IMG/VR virus record: IMGVR_UViG_3300028603_000003
Direction: 5' to 3' (one strand)
DNA length: 64,000 nucleotides
Source: a virus
Taxonomy: Duplodnaviria; Heunggongvirae; Uroviricota; Caudoviricetes
The notes under the pieces are model-generated. The model searched no databases. It was not told the DNA's origin and saw only the letters and a program-made list of their open reading frames with translations. A program made the translations under genes and the position numbers. Positions within the stretch are counted from its first letter, which is position 1, and every line of letters starts with the position of its first letter. Shown in pieces: positions 48,866 through 58,685 of this stretch.

Positions 48866-49530
48866 AAGTTAAAATTGGGAAGCCTGTAAATTGGATCGGC
48901 CCCTATCAGATTGCAGAAACGCTAATGTTTTGGGTAGACAAATATGACTACAAAGATCATCGCGCACACAACTTTGGCAAGTGGCTAGCCACCAATAAAA
49001 ATGGCGAAGACTCTTGGCTAAGCCGTGTTTGTCAGTGGATTCACAACAAGAAGAAGCAGAAGGTCAAGGTAAAGGTTGATCCTTGGGATGTCTGGAGTGT
49101 AGATGATACGCTTTCAATGCTCATTCTACCCGTTCTACTGGCTTATCGGGAAGCCATCAATGGCGGACCCTACGTCGATGACTCGGACGTTCCAGAACAC
49201 CTCAGAGCAAATCTGGGGGAAGACCAGTGCATGTTAGAAAACCCTGACGATAAATGGCATGCTCGATGGGAATGGGTTGTCGATGAAATTATCTGGACAT
49301 TCCAGCAACTCCAACCAGACTACGACTGGGAAGAACAATATCGTTCAGGGGAGATTGACATTGTCTGGAAACCTGTTACAATGGAAGCCGGTGAAGGACA
49401 GTTCTTCAGGATGTGTAAGGGACCGAACGACACCTACACAGCAGATTACGACGCCATCAAGAAGCACCAAGAACGCATCAACAACGGACTCCGACTCTTC
49501 GGAAAATACTATCAAGGACTGTGGATTTAA
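48862..49530 (+). CDS. hypothetical W-rich protein
   Basis: ORF only. Confidence 0.4.
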   Translation: MKVKIGKPVNWIGPYQIAETLMFWVDKYDYKDHRAHNFGKWLATNKNGEDSWLSRVCQWIHNKKKQKVKVKVDPWDVWSVDDTLSMLILPVLLAYREAINGGPYVDDSDVPEHLRANLGEDQCMLENPDDKWHARWEWVVDEIIWTFQQLQPDYDWEEQYRSGEIDIVWKPVTMEAGEGQFFRMCKGPNDTYTADYDAIKKHQERINNGLRLFGKYYQGLWI

Positions 49531-49531
49531 A

Positions 49532-50728
49532 ATGCTGAAAGTTCAAGAATACCTCGTAAACAAATCCAATGAAATCGGGACCAAGCTTGGCGCGCTGGAG
49601 GCACTTAAGCAAGAATTTGGAATCAAGTACCGACTTTACCCTGAAGACTCGATGGTACTTCTTGACTACGATCAGATCAACTCCCCAAAGTCTCACCCGA
49701 TTGTCATCGAGTGCCGATCTCTGATTCTCTGCTGCCATACCTTCGGCGTGGTTTCGCGAAAGTTTGACCGCTTCTTCAACTATGGTGAATGCCCCGAGTA
49801 TTACGAAGACTTCGACTTCTCCAAGGCTCAAGTATTCGAAAAAGTTGACGGATCGCTGATCGGCATTTACTATAACTTCTTCACCGATAAGTGGGAAATC
49901 TCGACTCGCGGAATGGCAAAGGCTGAAGGCCCGCACTCTTTCTATCCTTCTTTCCGTGATTGTGTGCTGGATACTTTCGGGTTCCGCGACGAGGATCACT
50001 TCCAAACAGTGTTTGGTGATCTTAGCCTCCGACACTGGACATACGAAGAAGCAATTGAGTGTGAGCGCATTGACCGCCGATACTACACCTTTGTTTTTGA
50101 GTGCATTGGCCCGAAGAACAAGTGTGTTAAGCGATACGACGACGCAGAAATGGTTTGCCTTGGTGTCATTGAAAATTTTACTGGAAAGACCCTACACAAA
50201 AAAGATATTTACGTTGAGCACATCCTGTCGCGAGACTTTGGACTGTACGTTCGTCTTCCGAAGGTCTATGAAGCTTCGGATGCAGAGTCTATCGTAAAGA
50301 TGGTTTCTGAGTTCAAAGACCTCGATGAAGGTGTGGTGGCTTTTGATCCTGTCTCCAATAAGCGAGTCAAGATCAAGTCGGCGACTTACGTTGCTGCGCA
50401 TAAGCTTCGCGGAAACGATCCTGTGCCCACGAAGAAGAACCTTCTTACTGTTATCTTCGAAGGCGAGGTTGACGAGCTTCTGGCGTATTTTCCAGAGTTC
50501 AAAGAATACGTTTATCCGATTGTGGAAGAGGTAAATAGCACCAAGGCTGAACTGTCTCGAATTTGGGAAGAAGTTCAGAACATCGAAACTCAGAAAGACT
50601 TTGCCCTTGCGGTGAAGAACTTCAAGTTTTCCAATGTTCTTTTCGAGGCTCGAAAGACGCAACAAGCAGTCGAAAAGGTTTTCGAAGGAATGTCCCTCAA
50701 CTATAAGCTAAAGCTTTTTGGAGCTTAA
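49532..50728 (+). CDS. RNA ligase (Rnl family)
   Basis: Motif I EKVDGSLIGIY, compare T4 Rnl1 TKEDGSLVSTY. Size about 398 aa, similar to T4 RnlA. Confidence 0.6.
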   Translation: MLKVQEYLVNKSNEIGTKLGALEALKQEFGIKYRLYPEDSMVLLDYDQINSPKSHPIVIECRSLILCCHTFGVVSRKFDRFFNYGECPEYYEDFDFSKAQVFEKVDGSLIGIYYNFFTDKWEISTRGMAKAEGPHSFYPSFRDCVLDTFGFRDEDHFQTVFGDLSLRHWTYEEAIECERIDRRYYTFVFECIGPKNKCVKRYDDAEMVCLGVIENFTGKTLHKKDIYVEHILSRDFGLYVRLPKVYEASDAESIVKMVSEFKDLDEGVVAFDPVSNKRVKIKSATYVAAHKLRGNDPVPTKKNLLTVIFEGEVDELLAYFPEFKEYVYPIVEEVNSTKAELSRIWEEVQNIETQKDFALAVKNFKFSNVLFEARKTQQAVEKVFEGMSLNYKLKLFGA

Positions 50729-51309
50729 ATGGAACTAAAGCATTGGTCTTGTGTTTACTATCTTAACGGGGAAGAGTACAATATCTGTCTGTTCGGAACA
50801 CGGCTACAGGCAGAGAAAGTCTGTAGCCAGTTCGGCTTCATCATTGAGGGTGAACTGGTTCACTCTGAGTTTATCCCAGACAGCACAGCAGAGCTTATGT
50901 TAAAAATTTTCGGGAGCAAAAAGTGAATATGCCAATTGAGATTGTGAAGATAGTTGTCTCTGCGATCCTCATGTTTTCTTTATTGCTTCTACTAGTGTTC
51001 GCCACTGGTAACACGTTCGGACAAAGATGCTCTGCGCTCGGATATCCCACAGGATCAGAGGAATGGAAAAATTGTATTCAAGAACTTAAAACTGGAAGCA
51101 AAAAGTGAGCATTCTAAATCAAAAGAAGCTTGTCAAATTCGACATCAACAACAAGAAGCACCTCGAAGAAGCTAAGCACTTCTTCGATAATAGTCGATGG
51201 AAAACTTCTTGTCCGTTTGAGGTGGAAGCCGACTACATTAGCATTCCACACATGATCGCAGACAAGCTTGCTGTAGCGTTTCTTAACAACAAACTAAAGG
51301 TAAAGTAAT

Positions 51310-51570
51310 ATGCAAATTCTAAAATTCTATGCCGACTGGTGCGTTCCTTGTCGCCAACTGGAAAAGACAATCGCAGAATCCGAACTTCCGGTGCCAGTTG
51401 AAAGCATCGACGTTGACTCAAGTAGCGATCTTCCCCCAAAGTACAAGGTTCGCGGAGTTCCCACTCTTGTCTTTGTTGACTCTGAAGGTAACGAGATTTC
51501 TCGAAAGGTCGGTAGCATCATGAAGCAAGAGCTTCAGTCTTGGGTGGAAAACTGCCTTAACGCCAACTAA
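51310..51570 (+). CDS. thioredoxin
   Basis: WCVPC active site plus the cis-Pro region GVPTLVF. Confidence 0.8.
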   Translation: MQILKFYADWCVPCRQLEKTIAESELPVPVESIDVDSSSDLPPKYKVRGVPTLVFVDSEGNEISRKVGSIMKQELQSWVENCLNAN

Positions 51571-51598
51571 ATAATTGTTTAACCACAAACTATGAACA

Positions 51599-52075
51599 AT
51601 GAAAAGGAACCTCAAGCAATTAATAATGGTTTGCGCCCTATCAGTTGCAACACACTCTCAAGCAACTGAGCACAACAAGTCCTTGACTTTTTCTGAAAAA
51701 GAAATTGACTGTCTCGCCAGAAACATCTATCATGAGTCTTATGGCGAGCCTCATCAGGGACAGAGAGCGGTAGCCTATGTTACAATCAACAGAGTCCTAA
51801 ACGGTAAATACCCAGACAGCATTTGCGAAGTAGTAAAAGAGCGCAATCAGTTCGAATGGGTCCGAATGGGAAAGTGGAGCGTCAATAACAAGAAAGCGTA
51901 CAAAGACGCTCTCATGATTGCATTCAGTGTCACAATAAACTATGACAAATCCAAAGACCCCACAAAGGGCGCAACGATGTTTCACGCCAAGCACGCAAGG
52001 CCAAAGTGGAATTGGAGAAAGCTGGTCATGACAACAAGAATCGGGAACCACATTTTTTATAAGGAAATTGCATGA
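51599..52075 (+). CDS. SleB/CwlJ-like cell-wall hydrolase with signal peptide
   Basis: Signal peptide, then CLARNIYHESYGEP..GQRAVAYVTINR (Hydrolase_2 signature). Confidence 0.65.
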   Translation: MKRNLKQLIMVCALSVATHSQATEHNKSLTFSEKEIDCLARNIYHESYGEPHQGQRAVAYVTINRVLNGKYPDSICEVVKERNQFEWVRMGKWSVNNKKAYKDALMIAFSVTINYDKSKDPTKGATMFHAKHARPKWNWRKLVMTTRIGNHIFYKEIA

Positions 52076-52836
52076 TTAAACAATTAGAAACCTCTATGAT
52101 CGAAAGCAAGAAAGTCGCAATTCTTGTTGAGCGATTCTTCGGACACGCGGCTAAGCAGAAAGACTTTGAAGGCGTCTATCTAGCTGGCGGCGCAATCTCT
52201 TCAATCTTTTCGGGTCTTGGTGTAAATGATCTAGACTTCTACTGTGAATCTAAGGAAGTAGCTGATCGGTTTGTCGCTTCACTAACAGAAGTCTATGGGT
52301 ACAAGTCGGCATGTACCACGGAAAATGCACAGACATTCTACAAGCACGTTGGCAAGCGCAAGCGAGAAGTTCAAGTGATCACCCGATTCGTCGGATCACC
52401 CGAAGAAATTTTGAATACATTCGACTTCACTTGTGTGATGGGACTGTGGAACTTCAAGGAAGGAAATTTTTATGCACACGAACACTTCCTGCGAGACATT
52501 GCCCGTCGTCGTCTAGTCTATTCGAATAAGAGCCAATATCCAATCTGTGCTTTGTATCGCACCAAGAAGTACGTCGAGCGAGGCTATGAATTTCCCGGCT
52601 CAACATTGGTTGCAATCTCCCTTGCAATTCATAGTCTACAACTCAACACTTACAAAGACTTGAAGGACCAGCTTCTAGGCATCGACACGTCAATGTTCAA
52701 AGAGATCACAGAAAACATGGACCTCGGCAAGAAGTTTGAAGCGGACGAATTTGTTCAAGACTGGTTTGATGTGATGGAGTGTTCTTCCTTTGGTGGCATC
52801 TTCACAGAACTAGACACAAAGTCTGAAGAAGACTAA
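52072..52836 (+). CDS. putative nucleotidyltransferase-fold protein
   Basis: LAGGAISSIFSGLGVNDLDFY resembles a GG...G..DxD Pol-beta/CCA-type head motif. Weak. Confidence 0.3.
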   Translation: MIKQLETSMIESKKVAILVERFFGHAAKQKDFEGVYLAGGAISSIFSGLGVNDLDFYCESKEVADRFVASLTEVYGYKSACTTENAQTFYKHVGKRKREVQVITRFVGSPEEILNTFDFTCVMGLWNFKEGNFYAHEHFLRDIARRRLVYSNKSQYPICALYRTKKYVERGYEFPGSTLVAISLAIHSLQLNTYKDLKDQLLGIDTSMFKEITENMDLGKKFEADEFVQDWFDVMECSSFGGIFTELDTKSEED

Positions 52837-52843
52837 AAACCTG

Positions 52844-52872
52844 TTGACAAGCCTCCGTAGTTTGGATATAAT
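52844..52872 (+). promoter_or_regulatory. consensus sigma70 promoter TTGACA-N17-TATAAT
   Basis: Followed by ttgtCCATCAACTAcgg. Confidence 0.55.
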
Positions 52873-52902
52873 TTGTCCATCAACTACGGAGGCTTTTTCA
52901 AT

Positions 52903-53112
52903 ATGTCCATCAACATCTTCAACACCGAATCGAACTTCAACGGTCTGAAAGACCGGATTCGAAATGAAGCGTTTGCTTCTGAGCACACTCTTTCTGAGTT
53001 CTTCGAAATCCATTACGGTCTGAACTGGGCCGACTATGATGACGACGGGCATCTGCTGGAAATTATTCTTACCGATGCTGCAATGATTGAAGCTTCAAAC
53101 TTCTTCAAGTGA
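52903..53112 (+). CDS. hypothetical small protein
   Basis: ORF only. Confidence 0.35.
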   Translation: MSINIFNTESNFNGLKDRIRNEAFASEHTLSEFFEIHYGLNWADYDDDGHLLEIILTDAAMIEASNFFK

Positions 53113-53113
53113 C

Positions 53114-53419
53114 ATGAGTGTGAGGCTTTATCGGGCCATGTGTGACGAAGAGTTCCAAGATACAATGAAACACAAATCATTGTCTTGGAACTCCAAGTTT
53201 AAATGGTTTGGCACAAAAGACTTTGTCCTGTCCAGAGTCAGAGATGGGAAATTCAACAACTCAAAGTTTGTTCCTGATCGTTACAAAAATCTTCTAGAAT
53301 TCGAAGTCGAAGAAGAAAGCCTGAAACACTTTTCAAAGTGTGGCAATCGAGAATTCATGTTGAATGTGCGCAAGGCACCTCTAGTGAAGATTGTCTCAAT
53401 CAGGGTTCTAAATAGTTGA
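53114..53419 (+). CDS. hypothetical protein
   Basis: ORF only. Confidence 0.35.
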   Translation: MSVRLYRAMCDEEFQDTMKHKSLSWNSKFKWFGTKDFVLSRVRDGKFNNSKFVPDRYKNLLEFEVEEESLKHFSKCGNREFMLNVRKAPLVKIVSIRVLNS

Positions 53420-53420
53420 A

Positions 53421-54860
53421 TTGTCTAAAAACAACGGAACAATAAAAATGCAATTCAAAGATTTCATTAGTGAAGCAAGACGCAATCCAGACCAGAATCC
53501 AAAGATTCCTGTGATTCAACAATTGAAGAAAATCTTCAAGGACAACTATGAGTACGACGATCCCAAAGATGTTGTAAGGGAAGGCCACGACGATCTATAC
53601 TTTGTCTCCATGACCAAAGTGGACAAGCTTGGCATCAATCCAACCTCAAAGTATAACACTCCACTGGGAATCTATGCATATCCATTGTCATACGTTCTAT
53701 ATCAAGTTGAACTGAGAAACGATTCTGAAGGAACAGAAACTTTAAAGAGTTTGCCGTTTGCTGGAGGAAGCCCATTCGCAAACGTATTCAAGACTGACTA
53801 CAACAGAAACCTTGTCTGCCTGAACAAAGAAAACTTTGATTCTGTTACTTTCAACCACTATGTTCGGAAAGTTGGCAACTTCCTTGCACGCTTCAGAATC
53901 GCACAAATGGAAAAGCGTTTCGTCGATAAGATGGACGACGAGAAGCGAGAAATCTATTGGAAGAATTCTGTTGACATGGTCGAAGAATGGGCGGATAAAT
54001 CAGAAGGCAGTGCCAGAGTTCAAACTTGGGGAGGAAGATTCTGGTACGTCACAATGAAAGCTGCCATCATGATGGCAATGTCTTCTGGCAAAGAGCAGAA
54101 GGAAGGCAAGGTCTCTCCAGATTCTTTGCTTTGGAATAAGCTATTCCGAGAGATTGGGATTGATGGTGTAGTTGATTATGGTGAAGGCATCATTCACAGC
54201 GCAGAGCCAACTCAAGCCGTGTTCTTCTCCAAAGAACCAATTGAAGTTGTCGCAAGGTTTGACAACAAAGATTACAAGCCATCTGATGCTGCGGCTGCGA
54301 AAATTTTAGGCAAAGCAAATGAATACGTTATTGTTGGGTTGCTCTACGATGACCAGAAAAAGGCTGAACGAGGGGCCAATCTTTTCAAATCATTTTTCAA
54401 GAAAGATTTGGGAGAGCAGTTTAAGTCTTCCGGGTTTTCTATTATGCGGAATTTCGGGTTCATATACAATGTAATAGGAAACATTTTAAATAAAGTGTAC
54501 GAAGAGGCAGTGCCTTCCCCAAAGCAAAGCAAAAAGGCGGTTGACTTGATTCAGAAGTCGATGGGCCTAGCAAATATAAAGCAGCTAGATCAGGAGTATA
54601 TCAAAAATACTGTATACGTTAGCCCATTTGTCAAGGTTTTCCCTCTACTACAGTTCGCCTCGGACGAGAATCTAGAAAAGCTAGTGAGAGAAAATCTTAC
54701 TACTATTTTTGACGAAGTTGGCAACTCGCCAGAAATCGAGGATGCAGTTAAAGCTCTGCCTAGAGTTTGGCAAGCAATTGTAGATGTGGTAGAGTATAAG
54801 AAGGGCAAAGGAAACTTTGAAGCAACATTCGACAAATATAGGCACTGGAAACATGATTAA
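53421..54860 (+). CDS. hypothetical 470-aa protein with CTS-like N-terminus
   Basis: TTG at 53421 or ATG at 53448. From ATG 53448 it begins MQFKDFISEA, matching the shared N-terminal motif. Confidence 0.45.
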   Translation: MSKNNGTIKMQFKDFISEARRNPDQNPKIPVIQQLKKIFKDNYEYDDPKDVVREGHDDLYFVSMTKVDKLGINPTSKYNTPLGIYAYPLSYVLYQVELRNDSEGTETLKSLPFAGGSPFANVFKTDYNRNLVCLNKENFDSVTFNHYVRKVGNFLARFRIAQMEKRFVDKMDDEKREIYWKNSVDMVEEWADKSEGSARVQTWGGRFWYVTMKAAIMMAMSSGKEQKEGKVSPDSLLWNKLFREIGIDGVVDYGEGIIHSAEPTQAVFFSKEPIEVVARFDNKDYKPSDAAAAKILGKANEYVIVGLLYDDQKKAERGANLFKSFFKKDLGEQFKSSGFSIMRNFGFIYNVIGNILNKVYEEAVPSPKQSKKAVDLIQKSMGLANIKQLDQEYIKNTVYVSPFVKVFPLLQFASDENLEKLVRENLTTIFDEVGNSPEIEDAVKALPRVWQAIVDVVEYKKGKGNFEATFDKYRHWKHD

Positions 54861-55046
54861 AGACTTCTTGATTTATCTTCTGACTCGTGATAGTATGAGA
54901 GCAAGTGTTGTAGCAATCAACGTCGGACAAGACATGAGCGCGAAAGACTTGCGAGGGATAGCTGATTACTACTCGGGTCTAGCAGACAACCGAGAGTATA
55001 AAGAATCTATTTCTGCTTATTATCAATAAACAAAAGGAATTTTATT

Positions 55047-55577
55047 ATGAGCAAACTAACTACAGCAGGAACCCAAATCACTAAAGACCTTTACCTTTCA
55101 CACATGGGGGACAAAGCGGCTGTGCTGAATGCGGGGACTTGGGAATTTACTACAGTAGATGTTTTCTATGATGTGGAAAACGATGGCGCAAATGTTGATG
55201 AAGTTCTAAAGGCGTATTTTGATCTGACTGGTCGAGGGGCAGAAATGCCATCTGGCGAGCCTGTAGTTCGATACGACCGCATCACACGTTTCAACCCTGT
55301 GACCCGAAAGGTTATGAACTCGGTTCTAACTGTTGCTGCGAACATCAACTATGCAGAAATGACTATGACTTTTGGTTGGTCCGTGTGTTCACCACAAGAC
55401 AACTTTTGCAAGGAAGTTGGACGAGAGCAGGCGATTTCTAGGCTGAACTCTGAAGATGCAGTAACTATCCCATACAATGCCGGAATGTCAATTCGCGACA
55501 ACATCTATTGCCGACGCGATGAAAATGAGGGTGTGTGGAATCGAGGGTTGACTCGACATCTAAACGGACAGTTTTAA
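55047..55577 (+). CDS. hypothetical protein
   Basis: ORF only. Confidence 0.4.
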   Translation: MSKLTTAGTQITKDLYLSHMGDKAAVLNAGTWEFTTVDVFYDVENDGANVDEVLKAYFDLTGRGAEMPSGEPVVRYDRITRFNPVTRKVMNSVLTVAANINYAEMTMTFGWSVCSPQDNFCKEVGREQAISRLNSEDAVTIPYNAGMSIRDNIYCRRDENEGVWNRGLTRHLNGQF

Positions 55578-55578
55578 A

Positions 55579-55616
55579 GAAAGGGGCTTGACGGCCCCTT
55601 TTTCTTTTGGTAAGAT
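55579..55616 (+). promoter_or_regulatory. PeSL-like cassette copy 4 (-10 TAAGAT)
   Basis: Same hairpin/-35/spacer, but the -10 differs and there is no CATCAACT leader. Confidence 0.55.
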
Positions 55617-55639
55617 ATGGGATAAAATAGGAGATAACA

Positions 55640-56689
55640 ATGGGTGGAAACGCGCTAAATTTTGAGACTCGCAGGATTGAGTCTCAAAAGGAATTTTACA
55701 ATCTATACGAAAAGATTGTAAAGAAGCTTTCGAAAATTGGCATTTACGGGTGTCTGATTCCATTCTATGCATCCAAAGAATCTTTTGGTGACATGGACAT
55801 TCTAGTTAACAAGGGACTAAACTTTCCTGATAATTGGACTGATAAGGTTGTGTCTGCGTTCAATCCAAAGTCAACATTCAAAAACGGAAGCTGCTTTTCT
55901 TTCGACTTCGAAGACTTCCAGATTGACCTGATCCTTTCCCCTAGCGAAGAGTTTTCTTATAGCTACAACTACTTTGCATACAACGACCTCGGAAACTTTA
56001 TCGGTAGGACTGCGCATCGTCTGGGATTCAAGCACGGCCACGATGGTTTGTGGTATACTCTGCGAGATGAAGAAAATCCAGACCGAGTTGTAAAAGAAAT
56101 TCTGGTAACTAGAGATTATTCTGATGCTCTAGAATTTCTAGGATTCCTATATTTGAGAGGACTTCCAAAGTTTAAAACTCCAGAAGATATTTTCGAGTTT
56201 GCTGCTTCTTCAAAGTATTTTGATCCTAAACAATTTCTTCTTGTCAACCGATCATATGCGGCAAGAGTACGAGACAAGAAGCGCAAGATGTACAACGGCA
56301 TGCTAGAATGGATTAGAGGTCGTTGGCCCGATTTGAAAGACGATGACGCCCCAGAACCCGTTGACAAGGGAGAACACCTCCAGAGGGCTTTTAAACAATT
56401 CCCTGAGTTCGAAAATGCATACAACGAAGCCTACGCACAACACCAACACACAAAAGCCCTCAAACAAAAGTTTAATGGTGAGTTTGTTGCTTTGATGTTC
56501 AACGAGAAGCCGACAGGCAAGGAACTGGGCAACATTATGAAAGAGCTTCGAGAAAAGATCGAGAGGTACAATCTAGAGCAACTTATTATTGACATTGACG
56601 AAGCGCAGTGCTATAATCTGTTTTATAATGTCCTTTTGAAAAATAACAGTTACAGAGAAAGAGACTTTCTAAACTCTCTGGAGTGCTGA
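55640..56689 (+). CDS. putative nucleotidyltransferase-fold (Pol-beta superfamily) protein
   Basis: YASKESFGDMDILV ([GA]S-x-GD-x-D) and a downstream DFQIDLIL third acidic strand. Weak. Confidence 0.35.
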   Translation: MGGNALNFETRRIESQKEFYNLYEKIVKKLSKIGIYGCLIPFYASKESFGDMDILVNKGLNFPDNWTDKVVSAFNPKSTFKNGSCFSFDFEDFQIDLILSPSEEFSYSYNYFAYNDLGNFIGRTAHRLGFKHGHDGLWYTLRDEENPDRVVKEILVTRDYSDALEFLGFLYLRGLPKFKTPEDIFEFAASSKYFDPKQFLLVNRSYAARVRDKKRKMYNGMLEWIRGRWPDLKDDDAPEPVDKGEHLQRAFKQFPEFENAYNEAYAQHQHTKALKQKFNGEFVALMFNEKPTGKELGNIMKELREKIERYNLEQLIIDIDEAQCYNLFYNVLLKNNSYRERDFLNSLEC

Positions 56690-56691
56690 TC

Positions 56692-57027
56692 ATGTACCAT
56701 AAGAAGTACAAAACTGACAAAGGTAGGAAGTTTGGAGTTCAACGAACAAAGTCTGACGCTCGTCACTGGTGGTACGAGTGCATGGAATTTTTTGGGTGGT
56801 GCGCGACTCTGAGGCAAAAGAAACCCAGAACAGATAATCCTGTTAGAATAAAGTTCCGAGGCAGAGAAAATTGTGATATAGTATTTGTCGGGTACGACTC
56901 TGAACGAAACTGGAAACACAAAAGGTTTATCGTTGAACGATACGCAGATTCAAAGTCAACGAAGGTTAGAAGTAAAAAGTTTCTATACAAAGTTGGTTGG
57001 CGAAAAGCAGCTTACGGAGAATATTGA
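56692..57027 (+). CDS. hypothetical basic protein
   Basis: ORF only. Confidence 0.35.
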   Translation: MYHKKYKTDKGRKFGVQRTKSDARHWWYECMEFFGWCATLRQKKPRTDNPVRIKFRGRENCDIVFVGYDSERNWKHKRFIVERYADSKSTKVRSKKFLYKVGWRKAAYGEY

Positions 57028-57380
57028 TGTTGGATTGTATCAATGAGATTAATGTTCTTGCTGCTAAGTCACAAGAAACTCTAACAGCACTATACAAAAA
57101 GCAATCATCTATTGACGCGGAGATCAATGATCTGTATCATGTGATCGAGTACGTTTCTGTCTCTGCCGTTGAGATGGTAAAGATTTACAATCGACTAAAG
57201 AAGAAGCTAGCAGAACGGCGACAGGTAAAAGACGACATTTCTTTGGCTATGAGCTTCACACAAAAGCTTGGAGATGTAGCCAACTTAGCGAATGACGCTG
57301 CAAAGCGAGCGGAAAACAGAAAGCAAAAGTATAAGCAAGAGTCAAACATTTCTTACCAAAAAATTAAAAGGGAACTTTAA
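57027..57380 (+). CDS. hypothetical coiled-coil protein
   Basis: ORF only. Confidence 0.35.
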   Translation: MLDCINEINVLAAKSQETLTALYKKQSSIDAEINDLYHVIEYVSVSAVEMVKIYNRLKKKLAERRQVKDDISLAMSFTQKLGDVANLANDAAKRAENRKQKYKQESNISYQKIKREL

Positions 57381-57381
57381 T

Positions 57382-57633
57382 ATGAAGACTTGCATCATTT
57401 TCGAAGAAATTCCAGAAAACACTTTATTCTACATTTTGGATGGGGACTATTCACATTTGAATGGGGTGTTCATCAATCTTGTCTCTGCAAACAAAGATCA
57501 TCAGGATGAACTGTGCGACCTTATATATAACGAACAGGGCTACTACAGACAACTAAGTTGTGATTTGCAACAAATTCGCGATGCACTTCTGAATCCCGAG
57601 AACAAGCTTATCATGTGTGGTATGTATCTTTGA
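57382..57633 (+). CDS. hypothetical protein
   Basis: ORF only. Confidence 0.3.
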   Translation: MKTCIIFEEIPENTLFYILDGDYSHLNGVFINLVSANKDHQDELCDLIYNEQGYYRQLSCDLQQIRDALLNPENKLIMCGMYL

Positions 57634-57643
57634 GGAAGAAAGG

Positions 57644-57949
57644 ATGACTCGAATCCACCACATAGCTATTGAGGCTAAGAACATCCAAGAGAGTGTGAAG
57701 TATTACACCGAAAACTTTTCGTGTGTGGTTAAGTACCAAGACGAAACTTGGGCACTGCTTGGCTTTGAAAATGTTGACCTTGCATTGGTAACTCCCGGTC
57801 AGCACGACCCTCACATTGGGTTTGAGTGTAAGCTAGTGACTTGCTCTCACGAAGGTTGGAAAACTCACCGTGATGGTGTAGAATACATCTACAAGAAAGA
57901 CCCTAGCGAAAACACAGTTGAACTTCTAAATTATTGGAGCCTGTATTAA
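57644..57949 (+). CDS. glyoxalase/VOC-family protein
   Basis: HHIAIEAKN at the N-terminus (metal-binding His) and a later HIGFE. Confidence 0.5.
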   Translation: MTRIHHIAIEAKNIQESVKYYTENFSCVVKYQDETWALLGFENVDLALVTPGQHDPHIGFECKLVTCSHEGWKTHRDGVEYIYKKDPSENTVELLNYWSLY

Positions 57950-58350
57950 TGAAATACATTAAAAACAAAGCTGAACTTTCTATCCGAGATGCTGACACAA
58001 ACAAAGTTCTTCTGAAGCTCAATTCGGCTCTAGTGGAACAACGTAAACTTTCCACGGCCAATGTCATTGAGATTCTAGACCTTCATGCTGAGCGTCTTGG
58101 CCTTCTGGAAGATATGAGTTCTTGTGATCCTACGAATACCGTTGAGAAGCTTGTTCTTCGCAGGCTTGCTGAAGAACACCGAGACATCCAATTCAAGCTA
58201 CAAGAAGCGTGGGGCTTCGAGAAAAACCACCTCTATCACGATTGGTTCGAAGTTCCCTACTGCACCTGTCCGAAAGAAGATAATCGAGAGCGGAAGGGAA
58301 CCTCCTATCAGATCATCAATCTGGGCTGTCCGATTCACGGCGAACTGTAA
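57949..58350 (+). CDS. hypothetical protein with CxxC...C..H cluster
   Basis: ORF only. Confidence 0.35.
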   Translation: MKYIKNKAELSIRDADTNKVLLKLNSALVEQRKLSTANVIEILDLHAERLGLLEDMSSCDPTNTVEKLVLRRLAEEHRDIQFKLQEAWGFEKNHLYHDWFEVPYCTCPKEDNRERKGTSYQIINLGCPIHGEL

Positions 58351-58370
58351 CCAAACTAGGATAAATAAAA

Positions 58371-58676
58371 ATGAAACTAAAGCTTTTGGCCCTTGGCCTA
58401 GCAACAACACTGTCTCTTTCAGCTAACGCTTTGGAGTTTGCCACTATCCAAATGGACAATGGGTCTTATGTGATCCTGACAGACATTAAATGTCCGTATG
58501 GCAAAACATCTGAGCCGAAGTTTGGGTATGTAGTGAAAAACACAAACGATTACGTTGACAATGTTTGTTGGATGGTAGTTCAAGATCGAATTCTTGTTGT
58601 TACCCGCCAAGGCGAATATCAAGACTATCCGGTTGAAGTCACCAAGCCTATCGGAGACAACAAGCCAAAACTATAA
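58371..58676 (+). CDS. secreted small protein
   Basis: Signal peptide LLALGLATTLSLSANA. Confidence 0.4.
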   Translation: MKLKLLALGLATTLSLSANALEFATIQMDNGSYVILTDIKCPYGKTSEPKFGYVVKNTNDYVDNVCWMVVQDRILVVTRQGEYQDYPVEVTKPIGDNKPKL

Positions 58677-58685
58677 AGGAAACAC

